DNA of 64,000 nt from Strigamia acuminata (taxonomy: Eukaryota): positions 15,686,001-15,750,000 of the forward strand of contig OX442314.1 of NCBI GenBank assembly GCA_949358305.1, written 5' to 3'. Below are positions 47,177-60,542 of this stretch, in pieces. Under the pieces are notes generated by a model, which was given only the letters and a program-made list of their open reading frames with translations, searched no databases and was not told the origin of the DNA. Within the stretch, counting starts at the first letter, position 1. Each line of letters starts with the position of its first letter. The position numbers and the translations under genes were made by a program.

Positions 47177-47789
47177 TGTGGTGACCACGAGGTCACAAAA
47201 GTGTTTTAATAATTTATAATTCAATAAATAATGATTTTAGTATTCATAATAAAATATTGTCAGATCATTACGGGAAAACTAGCTATACTAGTTTTACCGT
47301 TTCTGCGGGACAGACGTGACAACGTCATGAATTTGCATAATTCTCCGAATTTAGGCAAATACGTCATTTCCGGTCCAGCCAGTATTTAAACCCGTGTCTG
47401 ACCGGAAACCCCCCACTTTATAGATACCAGAGCAACATTAGCATCACCACCTCACCTTTCAGGCCGAACACCACGGATTGATAGAGGATCGATGCCCGTT
47501 GCCAAATTCATCTATAAACCACAGTCACAGATATTTATCGTAGCAATACTACGATAGTAATATCTACCGAAGCGAAGCGTTTGCGAACACGTGTTTCGCC
47601 AGACGCCATTACCCTAGACAACAGAAGCCACGTGTAAGACTGCCGTGCAGCAACAAATCGTATCCGCCGACAAGGATCCGAGACCACAACATTGTTAAGT
47701 ATATTTGTATTATATTACAAGTGTGAAATAAAAGGTTATTATTGTAAGATATTGTGTTAAGTTTATTTACCGGAACCAAGGTTACGACA
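47177..47789 (+). repeat. 3' LTR (613 bp)
   Basis: Identical by eye to 36395-37007; followed by TSD ACAT. Confidence 0.98.
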
Positions 47790-49302
47790 ACATTTATTTC
47801 AAATGCGCCTATTGTAATTTCATTATTTTTTAAACCTCGGAGGCATAAGGGTAAAATGTGCCGTTCTGGTATAAGGCATTACAGATTTATGAACAATTTT
47901 CAGGTCAATTAGTTAAAGCGCCGTTTCGATTTTTGAACGTTCGCAACTAATTTTATAGAGGGTGCTAGTTGTGAACAAAATCACAAATTTTCAGCAAATT
48001 AAATGGGTAGGAAAAAAAATTTTCCTATTCAACAAGGAGCTTGTGCATATTTATAACAAAATTGAGATTGCACTTGATCTTTAAGCCAAATTAATATTGT
48101 CGTTGAAAAAAATGTATTCCACTTCGATTGATTTTGAATAAATAGTTCAAATGTACTGGAAACACTAATTTCGTTTCTGCCATTAACGCTGGAATTTGAA
48201 ACAGGTGCTAGAGAGACGCGCTGGATTGTGTTAGTTAATAATTACACAACTGAATCTGATCGCTTGCAAATCATCCGAATTAGCTTGCCTTGCAATCAGG
48301 CCTTTTAAAAATAAATAAATAAAATAAATAAAACTAAACTATAAGCACCACAGATTAAAAAGTGAAACAAAAGACAATTTTCCAAACGTGACAAAAAATA
48401 GTCAATAAACTAGACTTACTTGTTACTATAGGCGTGTCAGGAGTTTGTCAGGCATCAAAAATAAAGAGGAACGAGCCGTGCATTCTCGATGAGGAAATAA
48501 AAAGCTTTCTGGTTCATAATATGCATTATTAACTGCAATACAAAAACGTATTATGAATAAATGAGTTTGCTATTAAGAACTTCACTCAAGTGCATGATAG
48601 CCAACAAATCACTCAAAATTCATAATAAAGAACTAAAAACTTGATGTACTGTATATCCCAAAAGAAATTTGTTTTTAATATTGCAATAGAGTACATTCCC
48701 GTCACATCACTTCGATGTTTGTCATTTGAAGCACCACTCAAAGTAATTACTTCTCGTTATAATTAACTTATTTTCAAATGATACCCGAATGTCTTTCTAA
48801 CTACGTTAAAAGACTCGTTTACAGAGTAAAGAATTATAGTTTTAGCAGAAAGTTGTGGCGACCTCAAAATTCAATTCCGGTTGGTAGAACATTTTCATGA
48901 AACATGAGAAACAATTTATAAAAAAGTAAAAACTACTTTTTTATTTGTTGTCATCATCCTACTGGGGTTGGCAGGCAAAGACGTTGCCACGGTGAAAAGA
49001 GTACAAGCCTCAATACTACAGAATGTGAAGCCTCAACCAGAGGTATATTGAGGCGACAGATTCTTATTTATTTTATCATCATTAATTTTAATATTAGTCA
49101 TTTTATATTCTATGCGTATATTCCATTTTGGATATGACACTTCTTACATCTTTTCTCAAGTCAAAGAATAAAAATTTCATTCTTTTATAATATTGAAAAT
49201 ATTATAGTTTATTTATTGAATTTTAATAATTAGTTTGCTTATATGTAACTGCATGTAAGGGACTAATAAGACTAATATAGCATCGCCTATTGCCGACCGC
49301 TG

Positions 49303-49596
49303 GTTTAAACTTTGCAAAATTATTAAATGTCTTCCATTTTTAGTTTTCGAAAGTTTCAGAAAGTTGACGTTGGTGGCACTTTTTATGATGTCATCGGCAA
49401 CAAACAAACAGCGCTTTAGCATGGGCTAATGACGCCAATGACGCCGATAACGTCATGAAAAGCGTCACCAGCGTCAACTTTTTGAAACTTTCGTAAACTA
49501 AAAATGGAGGACATTTAACAATTTTGCAAAGTTTAAATAAACGATATAAAAATCTAGAAACAATTTAACAACTAAAAACAACGAATTTGGTCTAAT
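49303..49596. mobile_element. Internally deleted copy of the palindromic element family at 6356-6974
   Basis: Shares GTTTAAACTTTGCAAAAT...GGCAACAAACAAACAGC...AGCATGGGCT and the right-arm AAAATCTAGAAACAAT...TTTGGTCTAA. Confidence 0.8.
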
Positions 49597-52500
49597 TCCC
49601 CTCTTGATTTCATTTATTTCATATTTATTTATTTACTTCCACAACCCTTGACATGTTTGTTCAACCTCTTACAAATTAGAATGATGGAAGTACTAACATT
49701 GTACTATTGCAACCCACAAAAAATCTATGGTGTATATAATCCGACTAATATTTGAGGTTGCCACAATGTGTTGTTTTCCATTTTCAGATTCGTCTATTAA
49801 TGAGTCCTAACACAAAATCGGTTACACATGACACAAAGCACAAGAAAAAAGCACCTGTCGCACAAACCCTATTAGAAGTAACTTAAGACATCCGCAATGA
49901 CGCAAATTGCGCTCAGGAAATGTTATTTGTTCGGTGCAATATGCAGAATAATTGAACATCCTTGCTGCTTTTATCTAGATGTACAAAAAATATGCATAAA
50001 TCATATTTTAATATCCAATTAAAATTATTTACACTAACTTGATTCTGTATAAACTGTTTAAATTGTTTTTAACCACGCTAATGAACAAGTAAAAGCTGAC
50101 ATGAAACGAGTCGCAAATTTTGTTACATTTGGCTGAGGCGGGTGAACCCATTACAAACTCGGCTTTTGTATGTGAGAAAGAGGTTCCATCCTTGCAAACC
50201 TGGCAAATGTCAGTTGTTGGGCTCTTAATTTATGACACCCAAGATAAGTTCTAAGAGGGTATTCGCCCAACGTTTGTGGTTATGGCTCGGAATATTAAAG
50301 AAAATTTAAGAAAAAAATAATAAAAAATATAAAAAGTTTAACGTCTCTAGACAAATGTATGATGTATGCAAGCTTAGCTAAAGTAGAAAATATGTGATTT
50401 GCTAAAACGTCACCCAGCCTAATTTGACTTCAATGGCCTTCTGTGAAAGAGCAATATAAAACTATAATTTAAGTTGTACAGTTTTAAATTTTACTTTTCT
50501 GCTTTTATGATTTTAACTGCACCATGGCATGAAGCTTTAATGGTTCCATTCTGCAGATATAAACATCATGTTAGCGAGACTCAAGACAACACTTCTAAAT
50601 AATGCAAATTTCATTATATGACGATACCAAAGTTACTTCAAATGCTATTCTTCATACGACAATTGTTGATAAAATAAAAATTAATACGAAATTAAGTTTC
50701 CGCTAAATTGATTTATATGGATTTCAAGCGCATCACATTTGGAAGCGAATTAACCGAGCTTTCTTCTAAATCTCCTCCACCAAACCTTCATATTTGCAAC
50801 AAGAATAATAATGCGACAAACTAAGAGAAGTTTAGTAATAATAATAATTAAAATTAAAAAATAATAAAAACAGCAGGAAGCTTGGGTGGGATTTAGGCCA
50901 CTAGGACAACGGCACATCGCTTTTGAGGACCCAACCTTGCATTTATACTGAAAACAGGACAAACAGTCGGAGGTGGGAGAAAGAAACATTATCTCAATAA
51001 AAAAAATAAGAAATAACTGGGATTCCCAATGGGATCTGACCATTTCGTTGCCATTTTTTCGCAACGAAATGCTTATTAGTTTGATTTATTTCACTCTGTT
51101 TTGCTTTGTTTCTCCCAGTTAAGACGCAGTGAGTTCAAACTGAGCAGAAGACTTGCCCACTATCATTAACAATGCTCTGAAAAGGCTACAAAATGATCGG
51201 CGACAAACTGAACCAATCTCGTCCCAAGTACTGACCAGGAGATCTCAACCATTGCTGTTTAACTTGTGTGGTAACATGATAAACCGTTTCTAATGTTCTG
51301 TGAATTTTTTTCTTCCAATTATTATCTTCTGTTAGTGTTTATTTACACACATTTGTGGCCTATAAATATTCACACTATCTGCCAGTTATTGGAAACGGGG
51401 GATAAGGGAGATTACAAGGAACAGCCCTAATTACCAAGTTGTGTTAATTAACTCTTGCCAGAAAATCTCCCTGGAGTTGTACATGGAAGTGAAGAACACA
51501 CAAGTTATATTAAATATTTCTCTCCATTTGCATTCCACTAATAAGGTTGGAAAGCAATTTTACTTTTGTTAATAAAATTAGCCCATTTCCACTAAGCAAA
51601 GTTTGACCACTGAGGTGTCCTATTTCATATCTAATTCAAATTGCTTTTCACGAATGTATCTCTATTACCACCAAACTTTCTCATGTCATGCCCTCTTTAA
51701 AACTTTCCACGTTTCACTTTTTTCATTCTAATTTCTCAACTTCACTTACAGAATGCTTTCACCTAAAGAAAAACCTCCAACTGCCATAAATTTGAAATGT
51801 GACATGTGTCATTGGACGAAGTACGTTTTAGCCTAGACATCTCTTGAGTAAGTAGATGCATCCTCCAGACTACACTTTTGAAGTCAATTTTTCGAATAAT
51901 GCAAAATACTGGCACCTTTATCCTAAAAGTGGAGTAAACAAAGATCGGGCTTAGAACTGAAAAAATTCGTCAAACTTTTCATTACAATTTATAGTGCTCG
52001 AGTTAATTTTTTTTAACATACATGATTTCATAGAAATGGCAGATCATGTGGTGAAATTTAATATTATGTAATTCGTTTCGTTCTGGAGAGATCAGTTACG
52101 CCTGTTAATAAGCTAATGTTCAGAACTGAGTACAGGTGGCGTTAACAGTCAGTTGAATCTTCAAAAAGCGCGTTCTATTTGAAATGGAAACTATGGGCGG
52201 AAAATCTTTCGTTTTCTATTTTTGTCAGAAAATGTAATTGTGAATGAACAGACCTAAATCGTTGTCACTTTTTATTTAGTCTCGTGTGCAAAAGGTAGAA
52301 AAGTGACTCAATAGTCACTTTTCTTACAATCACCATTTGGCAGGCTCTCTCAAATGTTCAATGATACCTGACCACATTCATTATTTTAGGTCCTTTCATT
52401 CCATTTTTTTTTTTTTTTTTTTTTACTATTTAGCACCTCTGATAGGAAAACACAAACTGAAACTTCACATGACGGCACCTCAAAACCCTGTTCATGCGAT

Positions 52501-52979
52501 ATGAGACGGCTTCTGAAATTATTAATTGTGTGATTTGAGAATATTTTCCAGTTTCGGCCGTATTCATTTTATTTTGTTGTCTCGTTAAGAACAAAAAATG
52601 TAGCCATTTTGATTATCGTATTTATCAACATTCAGGAAATTACTCCATTTATCAGCATCAATCAAATATTAATATTTGTAACATACCGTAATACGATGCA
52701 CAACTGAATACTTAAAACAATTTCTACGAAAACTTAGTTGCATTTTCAACAAAGCAACCAAAATTTTATCGGTACATGTGCGTACAGAGACCGACACTCA
52801 CGAAACGATCCTTTGTTCCCAACTGGTAGAAATAAGCCTAACCTATTCAATTCAATAAGCTTTAATACTACAGTAGCTGGTGTTTGTTTCATTTCAATCA
52901 TGTGAAATGATCAGTTACAGTAGTCGATAGCTTGCAAAAAAATACTACAATTAAAAAAATAGAAGCAGCTTCAACTTAC

Positions 52980-53112
52980 TTAACTTGCCTTCGTCGGTTT
53001 ATCTTCATCTGCCGTTAGACCCGTACCATGCCCGTACGTATAGTTACTAATTCGGTCATTGTGCAGCGTCATTTTAGTTGTAAATAAAGTCCTCGATCGT
53101 GTTTAAAGTTAT
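52980..53112 (-). other. Putative 5' exon of a minus-strand gene (30-codon ORF MTLHND...KAS*), preceded by a 57-nt intron 53113-53169
   Basis: AAG|GTAAAA donor, CCGTTTCAG acceptor, AAAATG start at 53072, perfect GTAAGT donor directly after the stop; TCACGTGA and TGACGTG motifs upstream (~53280-53330). Confidence 0.45.
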
Positions 53113-53577
53113 CTGAAACGGTGACTTGAACGTATAATGAGCTTGTACGGTTTATATTTTTTATTTTACCTTTACAGTAATTGCATTGAACGGTTGAAAT
53201 GAAACATTTGGAAGAACAAAAGATGACGTAATTTTAAAATCTGTCACCAGGCTAACTTATTAACTGTTCCCCAAGCGTCATATGACGTGTGCTTGGTGTA
53301 CAGGCAAATTGGCGGATGGTTATCACGTGACCGTGCAGTGCATTGCAGATCAGCGATTGTTTAGCAACACAATAGTATGGCAACACGTTCAATAATAACA
53401 TGTTATAATTTTTTTTTAAATTTTCGACTTAAAAATTTAATTACTTTGTTTAATTATTTTGTTCTTTATTTATTTAAGTAACAAACATATGAAACTATAT
53501 ATATTCTGGTTAAATAGGCTCTTCCAAACTGTAATCGTCTGCTAAACGTTTTATTCCAAATTGTAATAATCTGCTAT

Positions 53578-53803
53578 ACTCTTTCCGCACTCAAGAAGAG
53601 CCCTGGAAGCTGGGCTCCCATTGGCCAAGCCATATCACTTGTGTAGTGATACATAAAAAAAGACCCAAAACACCAGAAATGCATTATAGGGAACTACTTT
53701 TCCTTGTAGTAGAGCTACAACTATAACTATATACAGTTCTGAGTAATCAGACTAGGCCAATGGGAGCCCAGCTTCCAGGGCTCTTCTTGAGTGCGGAAAA
53801 AGT
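53578..53803. mobile_element. Hairpin MITE-like element with ~48-bp inverted ends
   Basis: TTTCCGCACTCAAGAAGAGCCCTGGAAGCTGGGCTCCCATTGGCC and its exact reverse complement; TSD unclear. Confidence 0.8.
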
Positions 53804-53941
53804 TTACACATTTTATTAAGTACCAGCTTTGTTGTCGCCTCCAACAGACCTGCTGCACAGTCGTATCTTTTTTAAACTTTCTAATGGCAAACAATTATTC
53901 CTATTACATTCAAGGACTGAATGACAATGCTAAGCACTGAT

Positions 53942-54076
53942 CAGGGCTGGACTGGGTACAAATATAGTTTTGGGAAATCGGGATGAGTCGGGCCACAGGG
54001 ACAGGTTAGGATGGACAGGGACAGGCCACCAGGCCACGGGAAATTCCCGGTAGCCTGCTGGGCCAGTACAGCACTG
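53942..54076 (+). mobile_element. 135-bp hAT-like MITE with a perfect 8-bp TSD
   Basis: GCACTGAT|CAGGGCTGGACTGG...CCAGTACAGCACTG|GCACTGAT. Confidence 0.9.
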
Positions 54077-54208
54077 GCACTGATACATCAAAAAACTTAA
54101 ACTTATCACTGATGTGGATCTCTATGCAGTACCGAAAACTGCTTTTAATCAAGAAACAGGCATACTACCCAACTTAAACTTTAATGATATCGTATATTAC
54201 CTTGTTAA

Positions 54209-54610
54209 CCTTCCCATAGCCATGGTAGGTCCAAAAAATTACAGAAGTGGAAAAATCACTGTAATTCTTTTTTTTCTGATAATTAATTAATGAGGTTAAC
54301 TTGTATTCCTCAAAAACTTTTTTTTCTTATTTTATAATGTCTAAATACAAATAGTTTTTCAATTATTATAAAGATAATTTAATATTTATAACATAAAACA
54401 CCCTTAATGGGAGCGCCGTACACTGCTTTGCCATCTGTTTGCACTAGGTGGCGTATTAAAATTAGTCCTAAAACATGTGCTTTTACCAGGAAAAATGCGA
54501 TTGCACCAGGAAAAATGTGATTCTGCACATGCACAGAAGCATTTTAAAAGAAGGCCGATTTGACCGACCTTAGCTAGCAATGGTGGAAACTAGGCTTGGC
54601 TATGGGAAGG
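54209..54610. mobile_element. piggyBac-like MITE, TTAA TSD
   Basis: TTAA|CCTTCCCATAGCCA...TGGCTATGGGAAGG|TTAA. Confidence 0.85.
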
Positions 54611-55186
54611 TTAACACCACAAATACTGCAACAAACAAAAAAATGAAAAAAAAAAATCACTGGACGGCTATAAAAGTTTTTTGAATGGGTGAGTAAAGAA
54701 TATAGGGTATATTCAGCACATAACCTTGCGTTGTAGTATGGGTAAGGTTTGCTTAGCTACCCTTGTAAATAAATTATGGCGGCCATGTTGGTGTATTAGC
54801 CCCTACGTAAATCCGCCCCTGCTAGGATACTTATCAGGTCAAAGCTGGAGGAGTCGCTTCAACGTCTGATTAAATTAGGTTTTTTTAAAAATGTGTGTAG
54901 TTATGCGAGTGAAATTCTTGCATATTTTCAAAATTGTCTCACAACCCCGACAATGGGGTGTAAAACAACATCATCAAAATGGTACCCACAAGCACGACCT
55001 ACATAAAATGTAAACAATATCTCTATTCTTCTTGTGTCAATTCCGGTTTCACACCAAACGCAGCACTTATGATTTTCATTCTTCATTTCATGTTACGAAA
55101 AGAACATTAACAAATAAGATTGACCGTGTTTATTAAATGATTGATGAATTCTACAATAGCGATTAATAATGTACACAAAGTTATGC

Positions 55187-58100
55187 CTATACAAGGTAAA
55201 TGTTAAAATGTTCTTGTCTAAATGACATTTGAGCTTCTTGTAAAATGCGCATTCGTGGTCCCATTGGTATTCCTATTTTCTGAAGCCGCTCTTCAGTCAA
55301 GTAAGGTAACTCAATCATGCCAATTCTCTCGTTTTCAAAATTGGACGCATATTTCTAAAGAAAACAAATGCTGTATTTTAATCATTCATCAACATTCCCT
55401 TACGTCAACTTTACCTCATATCCCAATTTCTTCAGGAAAAGCCTTAGTAAAGGAGGTTCATCCCCAAAAAATCTAAAAATAAAACAATTAACCAACAAGG
55501 AAATTCCTACACGAATTAAATAAATCCATACTTTGCTAATTTCTTTATTCTCGTCGGATTAGTCATTGACGGAATTGAAGACCTGAAATTATCCCATTCA
55601 CTCGCTCCCCCTCCTCCTCGTGCAGGTTTCCCGCCTCCACCGCCGACATTCAGTCTCAATGCCATGCATTGGTCAGTTAATTGATTAACTTCTCGACGAA
55701 GTCCTTCAATCTCCTACATGATTTTAAACATTCATATTTGTCACAAGAGTCAGTCAATCAAAAAATTAATTTAGAACCTTACCTGAAACATCACATGCTG
55801 AGTCCTCATTTCAGAACTCAAATGAGCCACACTCCGAGCCAAAGTCACTACATGCGATTCAAGCCGTTGAAACCGTTTAGTGACACCTCTAGAAATTGTA
55901 ATAAATAATTCACTCGTAAAAATGTTCGTATATTATGCACGTAATGAAAACTTACTTGGTCTCGGGTCCTGTTCGCCTTTTATCGTGAGCATAACGTTTG
56001 TCCCCGTAACCCCTTGATTTACTAGCGGAGCTAATGTAACCTTTTCCGGTAAGCGATGACAAACTGCCGTGAACTTTGCGTTTGCCTTTGGATTCAATTA
56101 AAGACTTCTGACTTAACTGGCCATTCCGTGATTTAACTCCAAGCATTTTAAGAACCTAGAAATTGAAAAATTATAATATTCTATTTTTCAAAAATATCAA
56201 AAATATTTTCGAATCACCTCCGAGTACATTTGCTCCAATCCTTCCAGTTGTCTTCTTAATTCGTGCACATCACTTGATGGACTGGCTACACCATCAGTAG
56301 TTTGACTACTGCCATCACTTACGTCATCTAACAGACTTTCCATATCCAAACCTGTAGTTGTAGATGTCAAATCGCCGTCACCTACTTCGTGCAATCGAGT
56401 TAAACTGGGATTTAGCACTAAAACAGGAAGAATGTTATTTAAAATTTCAATAATATCTTCTAATTTAATTTATTACTTATCGGTGCTCTTGATTTAGCCC
56501 TTATTTGATTTGGTGTCGGTATGCTACCATTTCCACTTCCCGAGGATCTGCCGTTGCGTGTGTAACGCGGATCTTGCATTCGGTTTTGCCACTGACCCAA
56601 CCGTTGTGGAGGCCTTTGCTGAGCAGACCATTCTGTTGATTCTGGAAAATGGCCACCAGGTGACTCATTCAACATTGGAGTACTAAAAAATAAAACAATA
56701 TTGTTTACAAAAATTGTACAAAATTGAATAACAATAAATAAATTAAAAAATATATATATATATATATTTTCACCTTAATGACATTTTGTATTTCGATGGT
56801 AATTTTGATGGTAACTTCGATGGTAATTTCGACGGTAATTTCGCTGGTGATCTTGAAGATGACGGGTTCGACTCGGAAGAATGTTTATTCGGAGATAAGG
56901 GAGGTAGTGGAGGAGTGACGGATGTGCTGTCGCTGACAGTCGACTCCATACTTCGGGATAAAGCCAGTGTAGATGCAGACTGATTTTTCATTATTTGATG
57001 CAATTCTTTCTCCTGCTCATCTTTACGGCAAGATTGTAACGGCGAAGCATCGGATGACTCCATGCTGGAATCCAACGTACCGCTGAGCGAACTAGATTTA
57101 ATTGAAGGTGCCATTGTGCCTCGACCAGAATCAGACGCTGTTTGCGTATGCGCATTTTTGTCATAATCCGAACTGCTACCCGAAGTGTGACTATTCGGAG
57201 TCACGTTGTAAAATGAATCTGGCAGCACCCCCTGACTAAATTTCAACTTATCATTGAACATAGTCTTTTGTGGAAACTTGACATCAGTCGGCAAAATTAA
57301 CCCTTGTTGGTAGTAGTATTGAATGTCAGTTGGGTTTTGATAATGATTATGCGGCGCACATTTGTTTGGTTTCGGACTCACATTGAAACTTTGGCTGCTG
57401 GCATCATTTATCTTTGGTTCAGTAACTGTTGCTAACTGAGATTGATCGAGCCCCTCTCTTGTTGGTTCGTCAGTTTCTCTGTCCTCGTGTTTCAATTTAG
57501 CACCAGTCTCTGGGCTGTGTTCGTATCTGTGCGGAAGTCCATTAGTTGACCAATAATGCTGCACCGTTTCTTGTGATTGTTGCCTCGCAATAGTTTGTCC
57601 ATTTGATGGCCAATCGGGAGTAACCCTGGAATATAATTGCGCCTGTTACATCTAATTATTTTCCGTATCAAATTATCTTACCGTTGCTGATTGTGGCCAT
57701 CAGCAATACCACCATTTGGTAGTATTGGCATGGCGTGGTAAGTTCGAGGACTCATTTGAGGTTTGTTTTCGAGTAAAACCTGTCCACGAGATCCTTCGTT
57801 GCGTTGGTTAGGAGTAGATGGCTTTATAAAAAAATAATTTATCAAATAACGTCACTATTAAATTATTAGAATTAATATAAGATACCACATATCCTTCTTC
57901 TTCAAGACCAGGATTACTGATACCGTCGGGATACGATATTGCCCTTCTTGAATTTGGCAATAACGGTTCGCCGCTTTCTAGTAACATCTGAATATAAATA
58001 AATAAAATTGCTTATATAATTTTAAAAAATATTAAAAATAATTAAGTTTACTCGATTTCTGTCTTGTTCGCGTTTTGGTTGATTTGGATCGTCGGTTGTG

Positions 58101-60542
58101 TGGTTTAATAATGCTCTCCATCTGTATTGGAGGACGAGTTCTTTATTTGACGCGTTCTGCTAAAGAAACAAAAATGTGAAAATAGAACGTGTGTTTAATT
58201 ATAAATTAGCAGCAAAACAAACATTTTTTTCGAAACAAACATTCATTACAGTTGCATTAGGCAACACTTGAGGCGGTTATGGAAATGAGTTTCAACCAAA
58301 TTATCTACATACCTTTTTTTCACTCACCCACATTTGGGTTCGAGGCGGCGGGACTCCTCGTTCCGGCGCAACTGCTCCGTGAGAGGTGCGTGACCGTTGA
58401 GTTAATTCAGCCAACTTGGGAATTCGTGGACATGGCGTGTCAATTTGCTTGTCACTCCACTCAGTTTCCTTTCTGGGCTGAAAACAAGAAGAATTTGGAA
58501 TGTATCACGCCTTCGCATCGTTTTACATTCCCAACTGGTTATTTATTTAAATTAAACACCACACATAAAGTGACATTTTTAAGTAACAATTTATCTCGAA
58601 AACTTGTTGTTGAAATCTAAAACCATGAAAATGTCTTAAAGGCATTTTAGGTCATTCCTCTGGTCCCCTTTGACACCAACTCTCATAAACTCGCTTACAC
58701 GTGACACATCTGACACACCTGACGTATCATTTTTCCGTTTCTGTTACATCATTACAACATTCAATTAACAACACTCACTGGTGGTGGGTATTTTGATGAG
58801 TACATGTGCAATGGAACTGCCACTTCACTCGTAGTCCCCGGCAGGAATGGCTCGCTGCCAAACTTCTGATATGTTTCAGGTGGGATTGGAGGCATCCTAT
58901 ATGGAGGCGGATAATACGGACGAGGCGGAGGAACCGATTTGTATGCAGAAGACTCTAAAAAAACGAGACAAAAAAAAATACTTCAATATGGCAAAATAGC
59001 AACAGACGGGCCCCGAATTATTCAAACACCTGCTGCAATCACAGCTGAATCTAAAGTTGTAAAAGCATGTGCCCTTTGACCTCGCTGCAGACAATAACCC
59101 CATTTATTGTACCCTCCCTAATTTCCCTGGAATGAGTAATGCTAGCTTCAAGCGCATGGGTAATTGGTAGGGGCAAAAACTACATTTCAAGTTTATGCGA
59201 AAAAAAAATTATAAGCAGGTGTTGGTAAAATGGTAAAATTTTCTAAACAGAACACCCAACATCCTATTTCTGATCGATAAGTTGCAGGATGTAGAGAAAC
59301 TAATCAAATTCACGAATGTTTTCAAAAGAAATTTCAATCACGTCCGGTGCTGCTTTAAAACTAGTATTTTACAACGGTCGTGTTTTAACTTTTTTTTAAT
59401 GTTTTCTTTTCAATTTTAATTAATATCCGTTAAGTTTCACAACCAGGAGCTGCGTAGCCACACTTTAAAAAAAGCAGCGGGGTATTTTCCACTTACCTGG
59501 CATTGCTTATCCCTCTTTAATCCTCTCACTCGGCATTAATTTACCGAGGTGGTTTAGGGCAACTACACTAAAACCAAGAAACTAACCTGCTAGCTATAGG
59601 TTGTTGATCCAAATACGTAGAGAAGAGGGTAAGAAGTCAGACAAGCAAAACTAAAACTACAATCCAGGTCTGAGAAAAAGGGCTTGTTCAGTTGTTAATT
59701 CAAGGTCAGAGACAAGACGAAGATACAAGTCTTTCCCCTACATTGCACTTTGGTTCAGTGAGGTAGACGATTAAAACGAACGCCTGGAGGGGGACAGGCA
59801 GGGTTTGATAATAGAGGCTTTATTTTTTCATTGTGAATATTTCCATATTAAAAAAAAAAGAATATTTTTCTAGAGCAACTCAATGCAATCTTAGATAAGT
59901 TATAAAAGTCTGGATTACTAAGTGGAGTGTGAAATAAGGTGTTTTTGTTTTTTTTCTCAAACGCTTTTCAATAAACGTCAAAACCGCACTGAATTAGAAT
60001 AAAATGTGTGCGGATTAATATCTTTCACCTCTTGATTAGGTGGAGGAAACGAGCTGGATATCACGCACATAATATTTCAACTCGCAATTAAAGTTTGAAG
60101 AAAAACATGCAAAAACATCTCAAGAAAATTTTTTTTTTTTTTACTACTTCCTACTTCGATAGCCTTATAAATTCTGTTATTCACATGAATAAAAACTCGA
60201 AAAAGTTATGATAATCGATTCAAAAGGGTAAGAAATAAATATATTTTATAATTTTATGAAATTAAAAAATAAAATAAAAACTACCTGATGTGTTATTTGC
60301 GAGCATAAGCGATGGAAGTGAATTAATCCTATCAACAATCATGCCTGGACAGTTCGAACTGAATGAAAATAGGTAAGTTTTCTTGTCCTCTTACCTGGAA
60401 GCCTCAGGCAACTCGGTCCATGAGGGTGGGATCGTTGCAGTGCAGAGAGCCGTGGGGGTAAGGGCGGAGCTTTGATTTCCGAAGTTGATGGGGATGCTTG
60501 TGATTGTTCGGTTGATTCGGCAACTGGCTGTTGATCATCCAT
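55187..60542 (-). CDS. Host gene, ~931-aa proline/serine-rich protein with a coiled coil and a C-terminal SAM domain. Exons: 60542-60395, 58954-58779, 58477-58328, 58159-58052, 57987-57886, 57821-57682, 57625-56774, 56682-56477, 56417-56218, 56155-55956, 55888-55783, 55713-55532, 55472-55415, 55354-55187
   Basis: All 13 introns are GT-AG with consistent phases (2796 nt = 931 aa + stop). Coiled-coil-like ELRRQLEGLEQMYSEVLKML and RFQRLESHVVTLARSVAHLSSEMRTQH; SAM-like LRLFLKKLGYEKYASNFENERIGMIELPYLTEERLQKIGIPMGPRMRILQEA. Further 5' exons are possible (e.g. 61257-61192). Confidence 0.88.

Larger units (their letters stand above)
36395..47789 (+). mobile_element. Full-length, intact Ty3/Gypsy LTR retrotransposon (11.4 kb) with gag, pol and an extra non-env ORF3
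   Basis: 613-bp LTRs with no mismatch seen, 4-bp TSD ACAT (36391-36394 / 47790-47793), PBS, PPT, and PR-RT-RH-IN domain order. Confidence 0.98.

Noticed and set aside
37045..47224. Numerous short antisense or alternate-frame ORFs over gag, pol and ORF3 (also 1215-2967)
   Set aside because: Shadow ORFs expected from codon bias; no recognisable motifs.
55187..60542. Assigning a gene symbol (e.g. Drosophila Samuel/Moses-like) to the SAM gene
   Set aside because: Resemblance is from memory only; a BLAST or phylogeny is needed.
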